From NCBI GenBank assembly GCA_963665295.1, contig OY762209.1, positions 3,872,001-3,936,000 on the forward strand: a stretch of DNA of 64,000 nt, in the 5' to 3' direction. A program made the position numbers and the translations under genes. The DNA comes from Syntrophorhabdaceae bacterium (GTDB lineage: Bacteria; Desulfobacterota; Syntrophorhabdia; Syntrophorhabdales; Syntrophorhabdaceae). How positions within the stretch are numbered: the first letter of the stretch is position 1; the number at the start of each line of letters is the position of its first letter. Of this stretch, positions 41,634 to 51,862 are shown piece after piece. The notes beneath the pieces were generated by a model, which ran no database searches, was not told where the DNA came from, and saw only the letters and a program-made list of their open reading frames with translations.

Positions 41634-42977
41634 TCAATCCTTAAAACATTCAACTGATTTGCCCGACTCGACCCTCTGAAGCGGTCTCAAGACGAGCTGC
41701 GTTTTTTCATTCTTCCGGTAAACCCTGAAGCCAATGAACTCTTTGTCAAAAGACGCGTTCATTTGTACTTCCACGAACACTTCGCCATCTTTGTCAATCT
41801 CGAGCATCATCTCCTTCTCCAATTCCCTCGAAGAAGAAAACAATAACGAATTTCTGTTGTTAGCGAAATAGCCCCTATGAAACGAAGCCGTCACTTTATG
41901 TTTTCCCTTCTGAAGCGCCGGAATGGCAATCTCATCTTTGCCCCGGAAGTTAAGCGTTTCATCGTCCACCTTCACCGTAATGTTTACAGGGCTTACGATA
42001 TCAAAGGCGACTCTTTTGAGTGCGTTTACTTTGAAGGCATCGTTTTCGCTTTCGTAAGATATAATACCATTTATTTCATCCTTTCGGGGAAGATATTGTC
42101 GAGTCTTTATGGTGATCCTGGCGGGGACATACTGTTTTTTTTCTATGGGCCTGAAGGGGATGACGGCTTCAGTCGCATCTGCGAGTTCCGAAGGTGAACT
42201 GAACGCCCTCTGCAAGGTGACTGCATCATCGCCGAACCGTTTGTCGAATTTACGCAGGGTGAGGCTTACTATTCCGTTATCGACGGTATAGGAACCGGTG
42301 ATAAACACATCTACCCCCGACTTGCCCATGGCCTGGCCAAGGGCAATGTAATTTTCTCCATAGCTATCCGGATAGAACTGGAAGTCCTTAACGTCAAGGA
42401 CGGTCTTCAGCACGATCCTCTTTTTCTGCGAGAACAGATCCTCGATACTTTTCCTCATTCTTAGCGACAATCTTGTCACGTTGTTGTGTGCGTCAAAGAT
42501 GTCGTGGACGTAGACTGTCACTTTTTTGTAAGGCTCGTAGGGATCCACCGCTTTTGACAATATGCCGTATATGGCGGGGTAGAATCGCCCGCCCCTATTC
42601 CGCAACCCTTTAATGGACACGAAGTTGCCCTTCTGCACCTCGACCCTCGCCTTTACGATCTGGCATACACTTGATTCCTGGTCAGGGAAGGCTATCACCG
42701 CGCACTCCGCTATGGGCGTTGCGAATTTAGCGTCGGGACTTGTGGTCACGGAAAGAATGTCGCCCTTGATCAGCCCGTCTCTTACTCCGATATTGACAAT
42801 GGCCTTGTCGGACAAGGTAAGGTTAATTCTCTCCTGGAGAAGGATTGCGGATATGACCTGCCCGATAACGTATTCAGAACCGTGAACAAACCCGGGGAGC
42901 AAACACAGAAATACGAATCCAATCAGGGGCGACGCCCACCGGTTCGGCGCATAACCCTTGGCAACCATTCTTTTCAT
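41634..42977 (-). CDS. Hypothetical exported protein coupled to pilQ
   Basis: Signal peptide, VNIGVRDGLIKGD (FlgT C-terminal-like pattern), 4-nt overlap with the pilQ stop. Confidence 0.7.
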   Translation of the reverse strand: MKRMVAKGYAPNRWASPLIGFVFLCLLPGFVHGSEYVIGQVISAILLQERINLTLSDKAIVNIGVRDGLIKGDILSVTTSPDAKFATPIAECAVIAFPDQESSVCQIVKARVEVQKGNFVSIKGLRNRGGRFYPAIYGILSKAVDPYEPYKKVTVYVHDIFDAHNNVTRLSLRMRKSIEDLFSQKKRIVLKTVLDVKDFQFYPDSYGENYIALGQAMGKSGVDVFITGSYTVDNGIVSLTLRKFDKRFGDDAVTLQRAFSSPSELADATEAVIPFRPIEKKQYVPARITIKTRQYLPRKDEINGIISYESENDAFKVNALKRVAFDIVSPVNITVKVDDETLNFRGKDEIAIPALQKGKHKVTASFHRGYFANNRNSLLFSSSRELEKEMMLEIDKDGEVFVEVQMNASFDKEFIGFRVYRKNEKTQLVLRPLQRVESGKSVECFKD

Positions 42978-44431
42978 TTCTCACCTTCTGCATACAGGTT
43001 TTTCAGGATCATGGGGGTTATAAAGAGAAGAAGTTCCGATTTTTCCAGTTTTCTATAGTCTCTGTCGAATAACCATTTAATCACAGGTATCTTTCTGAGA
43101 AAAGGGACTCCCTGCTGGCTTACATTCTCGGTAGTCTCGTAAATACCACCGATAACCGCCGTGTCACCATCCTTGATGATGATTTCCGTTACCGCTTCTC
43201 TCTTGTCGATGGTGGGCCCCGCAACGGTCTGGTTCGTGAAATCGGCTGAATCCTTGGTAGTCCTGACCTTGAGCCTTATGGTGCCGTCTCTTAGGACCAC
43301 CTGCGGCGTCACCTCGAGACCGAGAAAAGCATCGGCAAATTGAGTCTGTGTTCCCTGCATGGATACCGTCTGATACGGGATCTGTTTCCCCTGGTTGATC
43401 TTGGCGGCCTTTCCATCCGACGTGACTACTTTCGGGTGAGAAATGATCTTTACCTTTCCCTCGGATTCAAGAGCGCTGAGTTGTACGTCCAGATTGAGCC
43501 CGTCAGTACCGTTTCCAATATAGACCCCCACAACACCGCCGGAGCCTGATCCCACAGCAGCCGGCAGGTTCACGTTATAGGGGAAGTTGAATCCCCCTGC
43601 CCTCTGGCCCACCTGTCCTGTAGTCGGTATGTATGTAGTGTTGGGGGTTAAGGCTGTCTTTCCTCCCGACACGGCATAGTCTTCGCCCCTGATCCTGCCC
43701 GCATAGCTCATTCCCCATTGCACTCCAATATCCTTGATGAAGTTTGTCTGGGCCTGGACGATCCTGGCTTCTATCTGCACTTGGGCGGGCCTCAAATCGT
43801 GCTCCTTGATTCTTTTCTTCAGTTGTTCCACGTTTTCCCTGGTGTCCTTGAGAATGAGCGCGTTTGTCCATTTTACGAGAGTCACCGCGCCATTGGGTGT
43901 AAGCAGACTCCGCGTACCCGTGGTGCCTCCTCCCGGAACCGGTGCCGCAGTTGCCGTCCCCGGAGGAGGAATGCCCCTTATCATCCTCTCCACGTCGATG
44001 GCATCGACATAGTTCAGAAAAACGGTCTCTGTGACAAAGCCGTCCTCCAACTTCTCCTTCATCTCCTTTTCAGTCAGGTATGCGAGTTTCTCCTTCTTAT
44101 CCTTGTCCTTTTCCTCAAGGAACCTTTTTGAAGTAACTATTCTGATTACGTTTCCGTCCTCGATAAGGGCAAGATCATGGTTTTTTGTCACTATTTCCAT
44201 TGCCTCGTCCCACGAGACGTTATCGAGTTTTATAGTAGTCCTGCCCTTGACTTCGTCCGCTATTACCATGTTCTTTCCGGAGACCTCGGATAGGACGCGG
44301 AGCACATTCCTTACGTCGGCATCCATGAAATCAAAGGATACCTTCGGAACGGTCTTCTTCGCGATTTGCCCGTATGAAAGAACCGGTACCAGAAAAAGGA
44401 CCAACGACACCAGAATGATTTTCCTATACAT
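42974..44431 (-). CDS. pilQ: Type IV pilus secretin
   Basis: SFDFMDADVR, QVQIEARIV, LSALESEG, INQGKQIPY, LEVTPQ, ELLLFITP. Confidence 0.93.
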   Translation of the reverse strand: MYRKIILVSLVLFLVPVLSYGQIAKKTVPKVSFDFMDADVRNVLRVLSEVSGKNMVIADEVKGRTTIKLDNVSWDEAMEIVTKNHDLALIEDGNVIRIVTSKRFLEEKDKDKKEKLAYLTEKEMKEKLEDGFVTETVFLNYVDAIDVERMIRGIPPPGTATAAPVPGGGTTGTRSLLTPNGAVTLVKWTNALILKDTRENVEQLKKRIKEHDLRPAQVQIEARIVQAQTNFIKDIGVQWGMSYAGRIRGEDYAVSGGKTALTPNTTYIPTTGQVGQRAGGFNFPYNVNLPAAVGSGSGGVVGVYIGNGTDGLNLDVQLSALESEGKVKIISHPKVVTSDGKAAKINQGKQIPYQTVSMQGTQTQFADAFLGLEVTPQVVLRDGTIRLKVRTTKDSADFTNQTVAGPTIDKREAVTEIIIKDGDTAVIGGIYETTENVSQQGVPFLRKIPVIKWLFDRDYRKLEKSELLLFITPMILKNLYAEGEK

Positions 44432-44441
44432 GTATCACCCT

Positions 44442-44888
44442 CTATTTCCTTGGGAGATCGAGGCCGATCTTTTTGATCTCTCCCTTTAGCTTGTAACCCA
44501 GGATAACCCTGCCTTCAGGAATGTCGACCACCCAAAGATTCTTGTTGAGAAAATCGCCTTTCTTCAAGATAACGCCTTTCCCTTGCGTGTCCTCCATCAT
44601 GGCAAACCGCTTGTTATCGGACCTAACCTCGCCCACGAACTTCAGCTCTTCCAGTTCATAACCGGCCATCTTCGTTCCGCCGGAATCTCTTTTCTTTTTC
44701 GCCTTCAACAGGTTTACGGGCTCAAAGGGATTTCGACGGTTTTCAGAAGTATAAGAAAAATCGGTAATATCCACAGGCGGGATGATCTGGTTCTTATGCT
44801 CGACGGAATAGGAATTGCCCGACACAAGAAGAGCGAGTGCGAAAAAGATCACACCACATCGAATACTATTTCGTCTTGCCTTTTGCAT
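44442..44888 (-). CDS. pilP: Type IV pilus assembly protein PilP
   Basis: RRNPF, YELEELKFVG, AMMED..GKG..KGD; located between pilO and pilQ. Confidence 0.85.
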   Translation of the reverse strand: MQKARRNSIRCGVIFFALALLVSGNSYSVEHKNQIIPPVDITDFSYTSENRRNPFEPVNLLKAKKKRDSGGTKMAGYELEELKFVGEVRSDNKRFAMMEDTQGKGVILKKGDFLNKNLWVVDIPEGRVILGYKLKGEIKKIGLDLPRK

Positions 44889-45513
44889 TTCTCCCGTCCT
44901 TTCCTTCTTCCTTTTTTGGCTTCGGCGGTTCTTTCAGGTACACATAAGATCTTGCCGTGCACTCGCCTTCCAGTATTATCTTGTTGGGTGGTCCCTTTGC
45001 AACCAGAGAAAAATCAACGATCTCTATTATGCGTTCCGTTTTTCTGATGCCGTCAAAGAAATACCCGATGTTATGAAAAGGACCGTTGTATTTTATCTTT
45101 AACGGAAATTCACCGTAGAACTCCTTGGCCTGAACCGGGCCCGGCTCAAAATAGGTGACCTTCACCTTGCTTTCAGACCCTACCGCGGAGACACTTCTCA
45201 GAAGGTTGGGGACGTCTCTGCCTTCGGGAAGCTGTCGAATCATATCATCGAGTGTTTCCTGCAGGCGCGCGTATTCTTCCCGGTATTTCGGCATGTTGTT
45301 CTTTATCTGCAGCATCCTGTCGAGATCCTTCTTCACCGTCTCATACTGGCCCGCCAACCTGCGTCTCTCTTCGGACTGAGGGCTTATCACAAACACGAAG
45401 GCCGATGCGAATATTGCCACGTTCAGGCCGATTATTATGACGAGCTTATAGACATTGGAAATGTTCTTTATCTGCTTCCCGATGGTGTTCAGCCCGAAGT
45501 CTATCTTCATCAT
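44866..45513 (-). CDS. pilO: Type IV pilus assembly protein PilO
   Basis: TM segment plus coiled coil, QLPEGRDVPNLL, FYGEFP, GPFHNIGYF, ERII. Confidence 0.9.
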   Translation of the reverse strand: MMKIDFGLNTIGKQIKNISNVYKLVIIIGLNVAIFASAFVFVISPQSEERRRLAGQYETVKKDLDRMLQIKNNMPKYREEYARLQETLDDMIRQLPEGRDVPNLLRSVSAVGSESKVKVTYFEPGPVQAKEFYGEFPLKIKYNGPFHNIGYFFDGIRKTERIIEIVDFSLVAKGPPNKIILEGECTARSYVYLKEPPKPKKEEGKDGRNAKGKTK

Positions 45514-46043
45514 ATGCCGATATTGCCCTGGATTACAAATCTCTTGATCACTACACCCTCTTCAGTGACATCTTCGATATTCTTCAGTTCCACGTTGGTC
45601 ATATAGGGTATCCCGGAAAGGCTTTCCATGAAGCTTGAAATCGACTCGTTCTCCGGGGAACGACCTTCCATCTCGAACCTGTTCTGGGTCTTTTTGAAGG
45701 TTTTCAGCCACAGGCTTTCGCTCACCACGGAGGTGAGGTCGTAAAGGGTTCTCGCGGCAAGTGCCCTTCCCCCCTTCAGCCCGCCTATAGCATTGATCTT
45801 TCCTCCTATCTCTTTTTTCTGCCTTTCAAGCTTGAGGTATTCCGCATAAACCCCATCCAGACTCGCTATTTCCTTCTTCGCCGAGGCGATCATTCTGCTG
45901 TAGGCTTCGATGTGGCGCATATTCGTGAAATAGAGCCCGCCCAGAATGGCAAAATTGGCCACGGTCACCAGGATGGCAACGTACATGTTGTATCTCAGTA
46001 CCCTTCTTCGCGGTTTCCTGGGTAAGAGGTTGATCCTGATCAT
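45510..46043 (-). CDS. pilN: Type IV pilus assembly protein PilN
   Basis: MIRINLLP signature, TM segment, LWL..EG. Confidence 0.92.
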   Translation of the reverse strand: MIRINLLPRKPRRRVLRYNMYVAILVTVANFAILGGLYFTNMRHIEAYSRMIASAKKEIASLDGVYAEYLKLERQKKEIGGKINAIGGLKGGRALAARTLYDLTSVVSESLWLKTFKKTQNRFEMEGRSPENESISSFMESLSGIPYMTNVELKNIEDVTEEGVVIKRFVIQGNIGI

Positions 46044-47098
46044 ACGGTCAGTTCCACCACTCTTGACGATAGATACAATGCAATTGCTATGAGTTTATCG
46101 GAATCGCCGTATCCCATGAGGCTGTTTTCCTCTTCATTGAGGAACAGAAAAGGGTCGATGTATTCGACCTCAATTCCGGTGTTGCTGTAAACCGCTTCTT
46201 TAAGCCCTCCAAGAAGTGATGAACCCCCTGTAAGGAATATCTTCCCTATCTTCTCCATGGGTCTCGTGGAAGCGTAGAAGTTGACGGTCTTGTTTATTTC
46301 GGAGGAAATATTGTAAACGAAATCATCACAAAGGTAGGAAATCTCTCTGTCGCCCGCAACTTTCGCGTGTTCCGCTTCATGGTATGTGAATCCGGCTGAT
46401 TTTTCTATCTGGCTCGTAAGCTGCCCTCCGCCTACGAGGACTTCACGGGTAAACTCGATGTTGTCCTCTTTCATTATGGCGATGTTCGTTACAAAAGCCC
46501 CTATGTCTACTGCAACTACCGACATTTCCCTGGGGTTGTAGATCTGTTCGATCAGGTTGGTTACTCCAAATATGTCCACGTCGAGAAACTGAAGATTGAG
46601 ACCTGCCATTTCGAAGACCTTCATGTAACTGTCCACGATTTCCTTTTTGGCAGCCACTATCTGGACATTCATCATGTTATCCCGTTCCTTGTCTCCCCCC
46701 ACCACATAATAGCTGTAATAGATATCCTTCAGGCTGAAAGGTATTACTGTCTCAACCTCCAGGTTCATTGTGTTCTCGAGGGCGTCCTCGTCGAGGAACG
46801 GGACCGCTACCCTCTTGGCTATAACGGAATAGCTTGACAGGGCGCATGCCGCATCGCGACTCTTGATGCCGTTCTCGTTGATCAGTTGTTTCAACTCCTG
46901 GGCCAGAAAAGCGCTGTTGACGATATTTCCGTCACTCAGCAGGTTTTCCTCGTAAGACTTCATGGCCATACGTTGCAGCTTGAAACCCTCTTTTGTGTGT
47001 TTAAGGGTGCAAATCTTTATGGACGTAGTTCCAATATCGACCCCAATGAGTTCGCTGGACCTGCTGAAGCTTATCTTGTTTAAGAATTCGAAGGTCAT
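46040..47098 (-). CDS. pilM: Type IV pilus assembly protein PilM
   Basis: IGVDIG, IPF, VAAKKE, VDIGA, FLTGGSS; ATG 47098 overlaps the upstream stop (ATGA). Confidence 0.9.
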   Translation of the reverse strand: MTFEFLNKISFSRSSELIGVDIGTTSIKICTLKHTKEGFKLQRMAMKSYEENLLSDGNIVNSAFLAQELKQLINENGIKSRDAACALSSYSVIAKRVAVPFLDEDALENTMNLEVETVIPFSLKDIYYSYYVVGGDKERDNMMNVQIVAAKKEIVDSYMKVFEMAGLNLQFLDVDIFGVTNLIEQIYNPREMSVVAVDIGAFVTNIAIMKEDNIEFTREVLVGGGQLTSQIEKSAGFTYHEAEHAKVAGDREISYLCDDFVYNISSEINKTVNFYASTRPMEKIGKIFLTGGSSLLGGLKEAVYSNTGIEVEYIDPFLFLNEEENSLMGYGDSDKLIAIALYLSSRVVELTV

Positions 47099-48159
47099 GC
47101 GTTTCCCACCGGGTCTTTCATCCTCTGTTCCACCCATACTGCCTTCGCATCCTGCGCTACATTCTCAGGAAAGAAGAGGCATGCGTTTTCCATATGTATC
47201 TTGTCGAAATAGTTGGTATCCGCAGCTTTAAGGGGCGGCAGGAAACGTCTCGCCACAATCCGCATGTTCGACCGAAAATGATCCTCACCGCTTAAGCCCG
47301 AGAAGAGGGAGAAATTAAATCCGTACACCTGTTCCCTCTTCAGATATTCGAGCATTATGCCTAACCCTGTCTCGAAGCTGGAGAAGTCATCGTCGTCGAG
47401 ATCAAAGATGGAGTTCTTGCTCATTATGCAGCCGAGGTCTATATTGCCTTTAGGCGCGAAGGGGGCGTACCAGAATGTTCTGCCGTCGAACCCTATGAAA
47501 CGTTCATCCAGTTCCCTCTCCTCCTCCATAAGGGTTTCCCAGTAGGACGACTTGTGTTCGGCATAAAATGCCTCGCTCCCGCCGAGGAGAAGCCCGTGAT
47601 AGTTCGTCGGGTGCTCACCCGCGATGGCCTGGATGTGAGGGTGAAGGATACTGCTTCCCGACATGGGCATATAATTGCAGTTTATGGAGAAATACCTTGC
47701 CTCCGGGTCGAAACCTTTGATTGTCCTCAAAACGTCCAGTACGACCCTGATGCCTCTTGAGATATAACGATCCGTGATGAGCATATTCATATCCACGAAA
47801 TGTTCTTTGGAAACTATGGCAACCACGCAATATTTATCAAAGGGCAGGATATTCGGTATCACCACGACTCCGTCCCGTTCGAACCTTTCATAGCCGAATG
47901 TGCTTTTGTCGAAACGGGAAGTCATGGCGTCGATATTTTCTTCGCAGAAGGGACATTTGCTCGTCAGGGAAGACCGGACCAGTTCACCGAAGCTGAATCC
48001 CGTGATCTTTCTCGCGGGGAAATGGACCAGTCTGGAGGTAAGGTTTGTGAGAGGGTCCCACCTTATCTCCACTTTCCCCTTAAACGGTTTGAAGTCCGTG
48101 AATGGGTTCAGGTATACGATACCGCTCTGGATTGATTTTCTATAATTCAGCATCGCCAA
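47095..48159 (-). CDS. Galactose-1-phosphate uridylyltransferase-like HIT protein
   Basis: EIRWDPLT, CPFC, PNILPF, NYMPMSGSSILHPHIQ (HxHxQ), APFAP, PENVA. Confidence 0.8.
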   Translation of the reverse strand: MAMLNYRKSIQSGIVYLNPFTDFKPFKGKVEIRWDPLTNLTSRLVHFPARKITGFSFGELVRSSLTSKCPFCEENIDAMTSRFDKSTFGYERFERDGVVVIPNILPFDKYCVVAIVSKEHFVDMNMLITDRYISRGIRVVLDVLRTIKGFDPEARYFSINCNYMPMSGSSILHPHIQAIAGEHPTNYHGLLLGGSEAFYAEHKSSYWETLMEEERELDERFIGFDGRTFWYAPFAPKGNIDLGCIMSKNSIFDLDDDDFSSFETGLGIMLEYLKREQVYGFNFSLFSGLSGEDHFRSNMRIVARRFLPPLKAADTNYFDKIHMENACLFFPENVAQDAKAVWVEQRMKDPVGNA

Positions 48160-48215
48160 ACCCTAACAAGTAAGAACCTTTGCGGTCAATGACATATGTC
48201 ACTTCACGTGTCTTC

Positions 48216-49571
48216 TCAGTATGCACCCTTCCCTCCTAATAATGCTCTGAATGTTTTTAATATGATGACAAAGTCCAGCCAAAGGGACCAGTTCAGGACG
48301 TACAGGTAATCAAGCCTCGCGCGTTCGTCGTACTTGATCTCGCTTCGTCCGCTCACCTGCCACAAGCCTGTCATTCCCGGTCTCACGCTTGAATAGATGG
48401 CTGCATAAGACTCGAGGAATTCATCGAGGGCATCCCTCATATCGGGCCTCGGCCCCACCAGGGACATATCTCCTTTGATCACGTTGAGAAACTGCGGGAT
48501 CTCGTCGAGCGAGGTTTTGCGGAGTATCTTCCCTATCCTGGTTATCCTGGGGTCCGTCTTCAATTTGTTCCTTTCCTTAAACTCCTTTGAAGCCTCTGCG
48601 TCATTGTTCAGGTAATCCTGCATCAATGAGTCGGCTCCCACTTGCATGGTCCTGTATTTTATCATATTAAATTGATCAAGATTGATGCCGCATCGTTTAT
48701 GGGTGAAAAAAACGGGCCCCCTGGAATCCAACTTGATCGCAACCGGTATTATCACGAAGAGAGGCGAGAGAAGCGTGAGGGCCGCTACCGACACGGTTAT
48801 ATCGAGAATCCTCTTGAAGGCGGTCCTTCTCAAGGACAAAAGGCCGTTATCAGTAGTGATGAGCACGATATTCTTGGTCAAAAATGTTTTTATCTGAGTA
48901 TTCATGAAAGAAAGCCCGGATATGCTCGATACAATTATCATCTGGCCGACCTTACGCTTCAGGGCCTTGATTGTCGCTTCATCGGTGCATTCCATGGGTA
49001 CAAAGCATGTGTCTATCCTTCCCTCCAGGGTCTCCAGGCCGACATTGTCCACGATCACATACCCCGAGTACCATTCCTTGTTCAAAGATGCCCTGAGCAG
49101 ATTCCGCCTGTCTCCCTTCCGTCGCTCAAAGAGGAAAGCGGCTTTCCTTCGGGCAAGGACTTTGTACAGGATGAATTTTACGAAAAACCGCGCAAGGGGC
49201 ATGATCACCACCATATACACGAAACTCAAGGTCAGGAGAATCCTCGATACGGTGGCTGCTTCCTTCTGTAACGACAATGCAACCCAGACTATGAGAAACG
49301 ATACGAGAAGGCCTTTGAAAAGAACGGGAACCTCGTCCCACACGGTCATGATGAGACCGTAACCGCCGTAATAGGCTATGGTGAGGATCGCTGCCGCCGG
49401 GATCCACCACAGGTCCACCCAGTAGAGCGACAGTCCGTGCCCCAACGGAACCAGGCCGAGCCACATCTCGAGCCCTGCCCTTGTATAAAAGGCCAAAAGG
49501 ATGCACAGGTCTATGACAATCGCATCCAAAAGGAGCAATGCCACGGTATTTCCATTTCGAAACCTAGTCAT
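48216..49571 (-). CDS. Undecaprenyl-phosphate sugar phosphotransferase (WbaP/WcaJ family)
   Basis: N-terminal TMs, FKRILD, KYRTM, DPRITRIG..LRKTSLDEIPQ, SLVGPRP, PGMTGLWQVSGRS. Confidence 0.93.
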   Translation of the reverse strand: MTRFRNGNTVALLLLDAIVIDLCILLAFYTRAGLEMWLGLVPLGHGLSLYWVDLWWIPAAAILTIAYYGGYGLIMTVWDEVPVLFKGLLVSFLIVWVALSLQKEAATVSRILLTLSFVYMVVIMPLARFFVKFILYKVLARRKAAFLFERRKGDRRNLLRASLNKEWYSGYVIVDNVGLETLEGRIDTCFVPMECTDEATIKALKRKVGQMIIVSSISGLSFMNTQIKTFLTKNIVLITTDNGLLSLRRTAFKRILDITVSVAALTLLSPLFVIIPVAIKLDSRGPVFFTHKRCGINLDQFNMIKYRTMQVGADSLMQDYLNNDAEASKEFKERNKLKTDPRITRIGKILRKTSLDEIPQFLNVIKGDMSLVGPRPDMRDALDEFLESYAAIYSSVRPGMTGLWQVSGRSEIKYDERARLDYLYVLNWSLWLDFVIILKTFRALLGGKGAY

Positions 49572-50493
49572 CCGAAATCCGAGCCACCCAGTTCATCAAA
49601 ACTTTCGGAAATTTCCCGTGCTTCAACCCAATCATATATCCAGAATATTTGAAAAATGCTTCCACGAGGGCATAAAGACTCCAGTAATACATCTTTTCAC
49701 TCTGCAAATATTTGATCTCCTGCCTCAGGAGACCTGCACCCTGGTTATGAGCCGGCGCATATTCCAGAAACCATGGGTTATGGGAAAAAGATATTCCCGC
49801 TTGAGCGTACCTCTTGAACTGCCCGCGAAAGTTATAATTGTGGGAATGAATGACTTTTGCGTCGGGCACATAGGCCACCCCATACCCTTCCCTCATAAGC
49901 CTTGCCGCCAGCAACATGTCTTCAAACATGATCAGGTTGTCCGGAAACCCTCCGGATTTCTTAAACTCCGTCCTTCTGACAGCCGAGCAGACATTGCTGA
50001 AGAAGAATGCTTTGATACCCAGCTCGGGTACGTCTTCCCACTTCCTCACCGAAGGCGTCTCAGGGTAGTTGAAGCTCCTGGTAAATCTTTCCGGCGGTAC
50101 TGCCCCTTCTCCCGGTATCTGCCTGCCATAGGACGCCGCTATCCCCGGGTCGGAGAGAGGTTTGACCAGGTTTTCAATACAGCGGCGGTGGGCCGGTAGA
50201 GCGTCCTGCGTGAGGAACACGAAAATTTCCCCTGCGGCGTGCGAGACCGCGAAGTTCCTTGTTCTTCCATGATTGAAATCTTCTTTCCTGATTCGCAGGA
50301 CCGTCGCACCGTAGGACTCCGAAATCTCCGCCGTCCTGTCGGTGGACGACGAGTCGACCACTATGACCTCATGCCGGATGGTCTGTCTCCTCAACGTTTC
50401 CAGAAGCTTGCCGATGCGGGTTGCCGCATTGCGGGTCGGGATTATGACGCTGACCATGGGTGAGACACCTGCAACCTTCAAACCAATTTCCAC
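49564..50493 (-). CDS. GT2 glycosyltransferase (rhamnosyltransferase-like)
   Basis: SVIIPT, VDSSSTD, FNHGRTRN, LTQDA, YGRQIP, FSNV, EDM, HSH; alternative start at 50458. Confidence 0.88.
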   Translation of the reverse strand: MEIGLKVAGVSPMVSVIIPTRNAATRIGKLLETLRRQTIRHEVIVVDSSSTDRTAEISESYGATVLRIRKEDFNHGRTRNFAVSHAAGEIFVFLTQDALPAHRRCIENLVKPLSDPGIAASYGRQIPGEGAVPPERFTRSFNYPETPSVRKWEDVPELGIKAFFFSNVCSAVRRTEFKKSGGFPDNLIMFEDMLLAARLMREGYGVAYVPDAKVIHSHNYNFRGQFKRYAQAGISFSHNPWFLEYAPAHNQGAGLLRQEIKYLQSEKMYYWSLYALVEAFFKYSGYMIGLKHGKFPKVLMNWVARISDD

Positions 50494-51031
50494 AAATATT
50501 TTTGAAATTCACTCCTTATGACCCGTTTCATGAAAGCTCCCATATAAGTCCCAGTAATTGTATATAACTTTCTTCCTTTTTGCCATACCCCCCCCCTCAC
50601 GCCCGCCGCCGGATAGGGACAAGTCTTCGGTAAAGGTCTCCCCGGGACGCCCGCGACGCCGCAAAAATTGTGAGGGCCGGCAGAGTGACGTACGTCACTG
50701 ACACTCGCGGCCGCTTCCGGGTAAAATCCTTTAATGACCGACCATGAAGCCGAACCGATGACGCATTTCCGTGAGCCTTTCTCTCAGCCTCCCTTTCAAG
50801 GGGCAACACCAGCCCTTGGGCAGCAGGGGCATTGCCTCCGCGCGAAAAAGATTCGGACCAGTCCACCGGCGAATACCCGGAAATACAATTTTCCAGTGCA
50901 TCCCCCTCGCCGGTGGCATTGGTTCCCGAATACAAGTCTCCCAGGGGAAACGGTGCCGGCCGGGTCGGTTTGAACCGGAGAGTGACTACCGGCGGCAAGT
51001 AGAACAAATCTAATTCTTTAGGGGGGTACCT

Positions 51032-51847
51032 ATGCCCAACTATTTCATTGGTGAGCTTTCGGAAACAAGGCTTTTCGATCTTGTGAAACCATTGGTGGAC
51101 GGCAGGAAATCGGGCATGTTGCTTATCAAGGGCAAGGATGTCGGAGAGATCCACATTGAAGGTGGAAGGATCATCCACGCCAAAACCAGCCGGTGCTCCG
51201 GAGAGGAGGCCATTCTCGCCATGATGGAATGGACCGCGGGCCGGGTCAGTTTCGATTGGGAAGTGACTTCCGATGAAAGGACAGTCTCTATCCCGACTGA
51301 GGAACTTTTCGTGAGTTGGATGAAATGGGAACAGGAATGGCACAAGATAAAGGAAGTGGTTACGTCCCCTCATGCCGCCTTTCGCATCTCCATAATGAAC
51401 AATTCCGAAGAAAAGAACATCCAGAGTGACCAATGGAAGGTATTGGCCCTGTCTAACGGGCGCACGGAGGCAGCGGAGATTGCCGAGACCCTCAACTGGG
51501 ATCTCTTCAAAACCTCGAGAACCATATACCAGATGGTCATGGCGGGCCTGCTCGAAAAGGCATCCGATAGGATGGAATCACAAAAACCGGCTCAGAAACA
51601 GTATGTGAACGGCAATTTCTTCCCCACCCTGGAGAGCGAACTGCGAAGGGTAATGGGGCCCATAGCCCCCATCATTATTGATGATATCATTGCCGGTTTC
51701 GGGGCCTCGCGAGAATCTCTTCCCTTGGATGAAATCGAGAAGTTCATCGCGGCAGTAAGCCAGGAGATCTCGGACAACGTAAAGAAGACGGGTTTCACCA
51801 GAGCGATGACAGAATATCTTTCGGTCAAGAACAAACCTAAACAATAA
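51032..51847 (+). CDS. DUF4388/PATAN-like domain protein with wHTH-like middle and C-terminal GPIA helical domain
   Basis: GELSETRLFDLV..RKSGML..GEIHIEGGRIIHA..GEEA..W..G.F pattern; GGGGG RBS. Confidence 0.75.
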   Translation: MPNYFIGELSETRLFDLVKPLVDGRKSGMLLIKGKDVGEIHIEGGRIIHAKTSRCSGEEAILAMMEWTAGRVSFDWEVTSDERTVSIPTEELFVSWMKWEQEWHKIKEVVTSPHAAFRISIMNNSEEKNIQSDQWKVLALSNGRTEAAEIAETLNWDLFKTSRTIYQMVMAGLLEKASDRMESQKPAQKQYVNGNFFPTLESELRRVMGPIAPIIIDDIIAGFGASRESLPLDEIEKFIAAVSQEISDNVKKTGFTRAMTEYLSVKNKPKQ

Positions 51848-51862
51848 TCAGGAGGGGTAAAA

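Noticed and set aside
50597..51433. 278-aa minus-strand ORF
   Set aside because: About half overlaps the DUF4388-like gene antisense, and the rest lacks protein-like features
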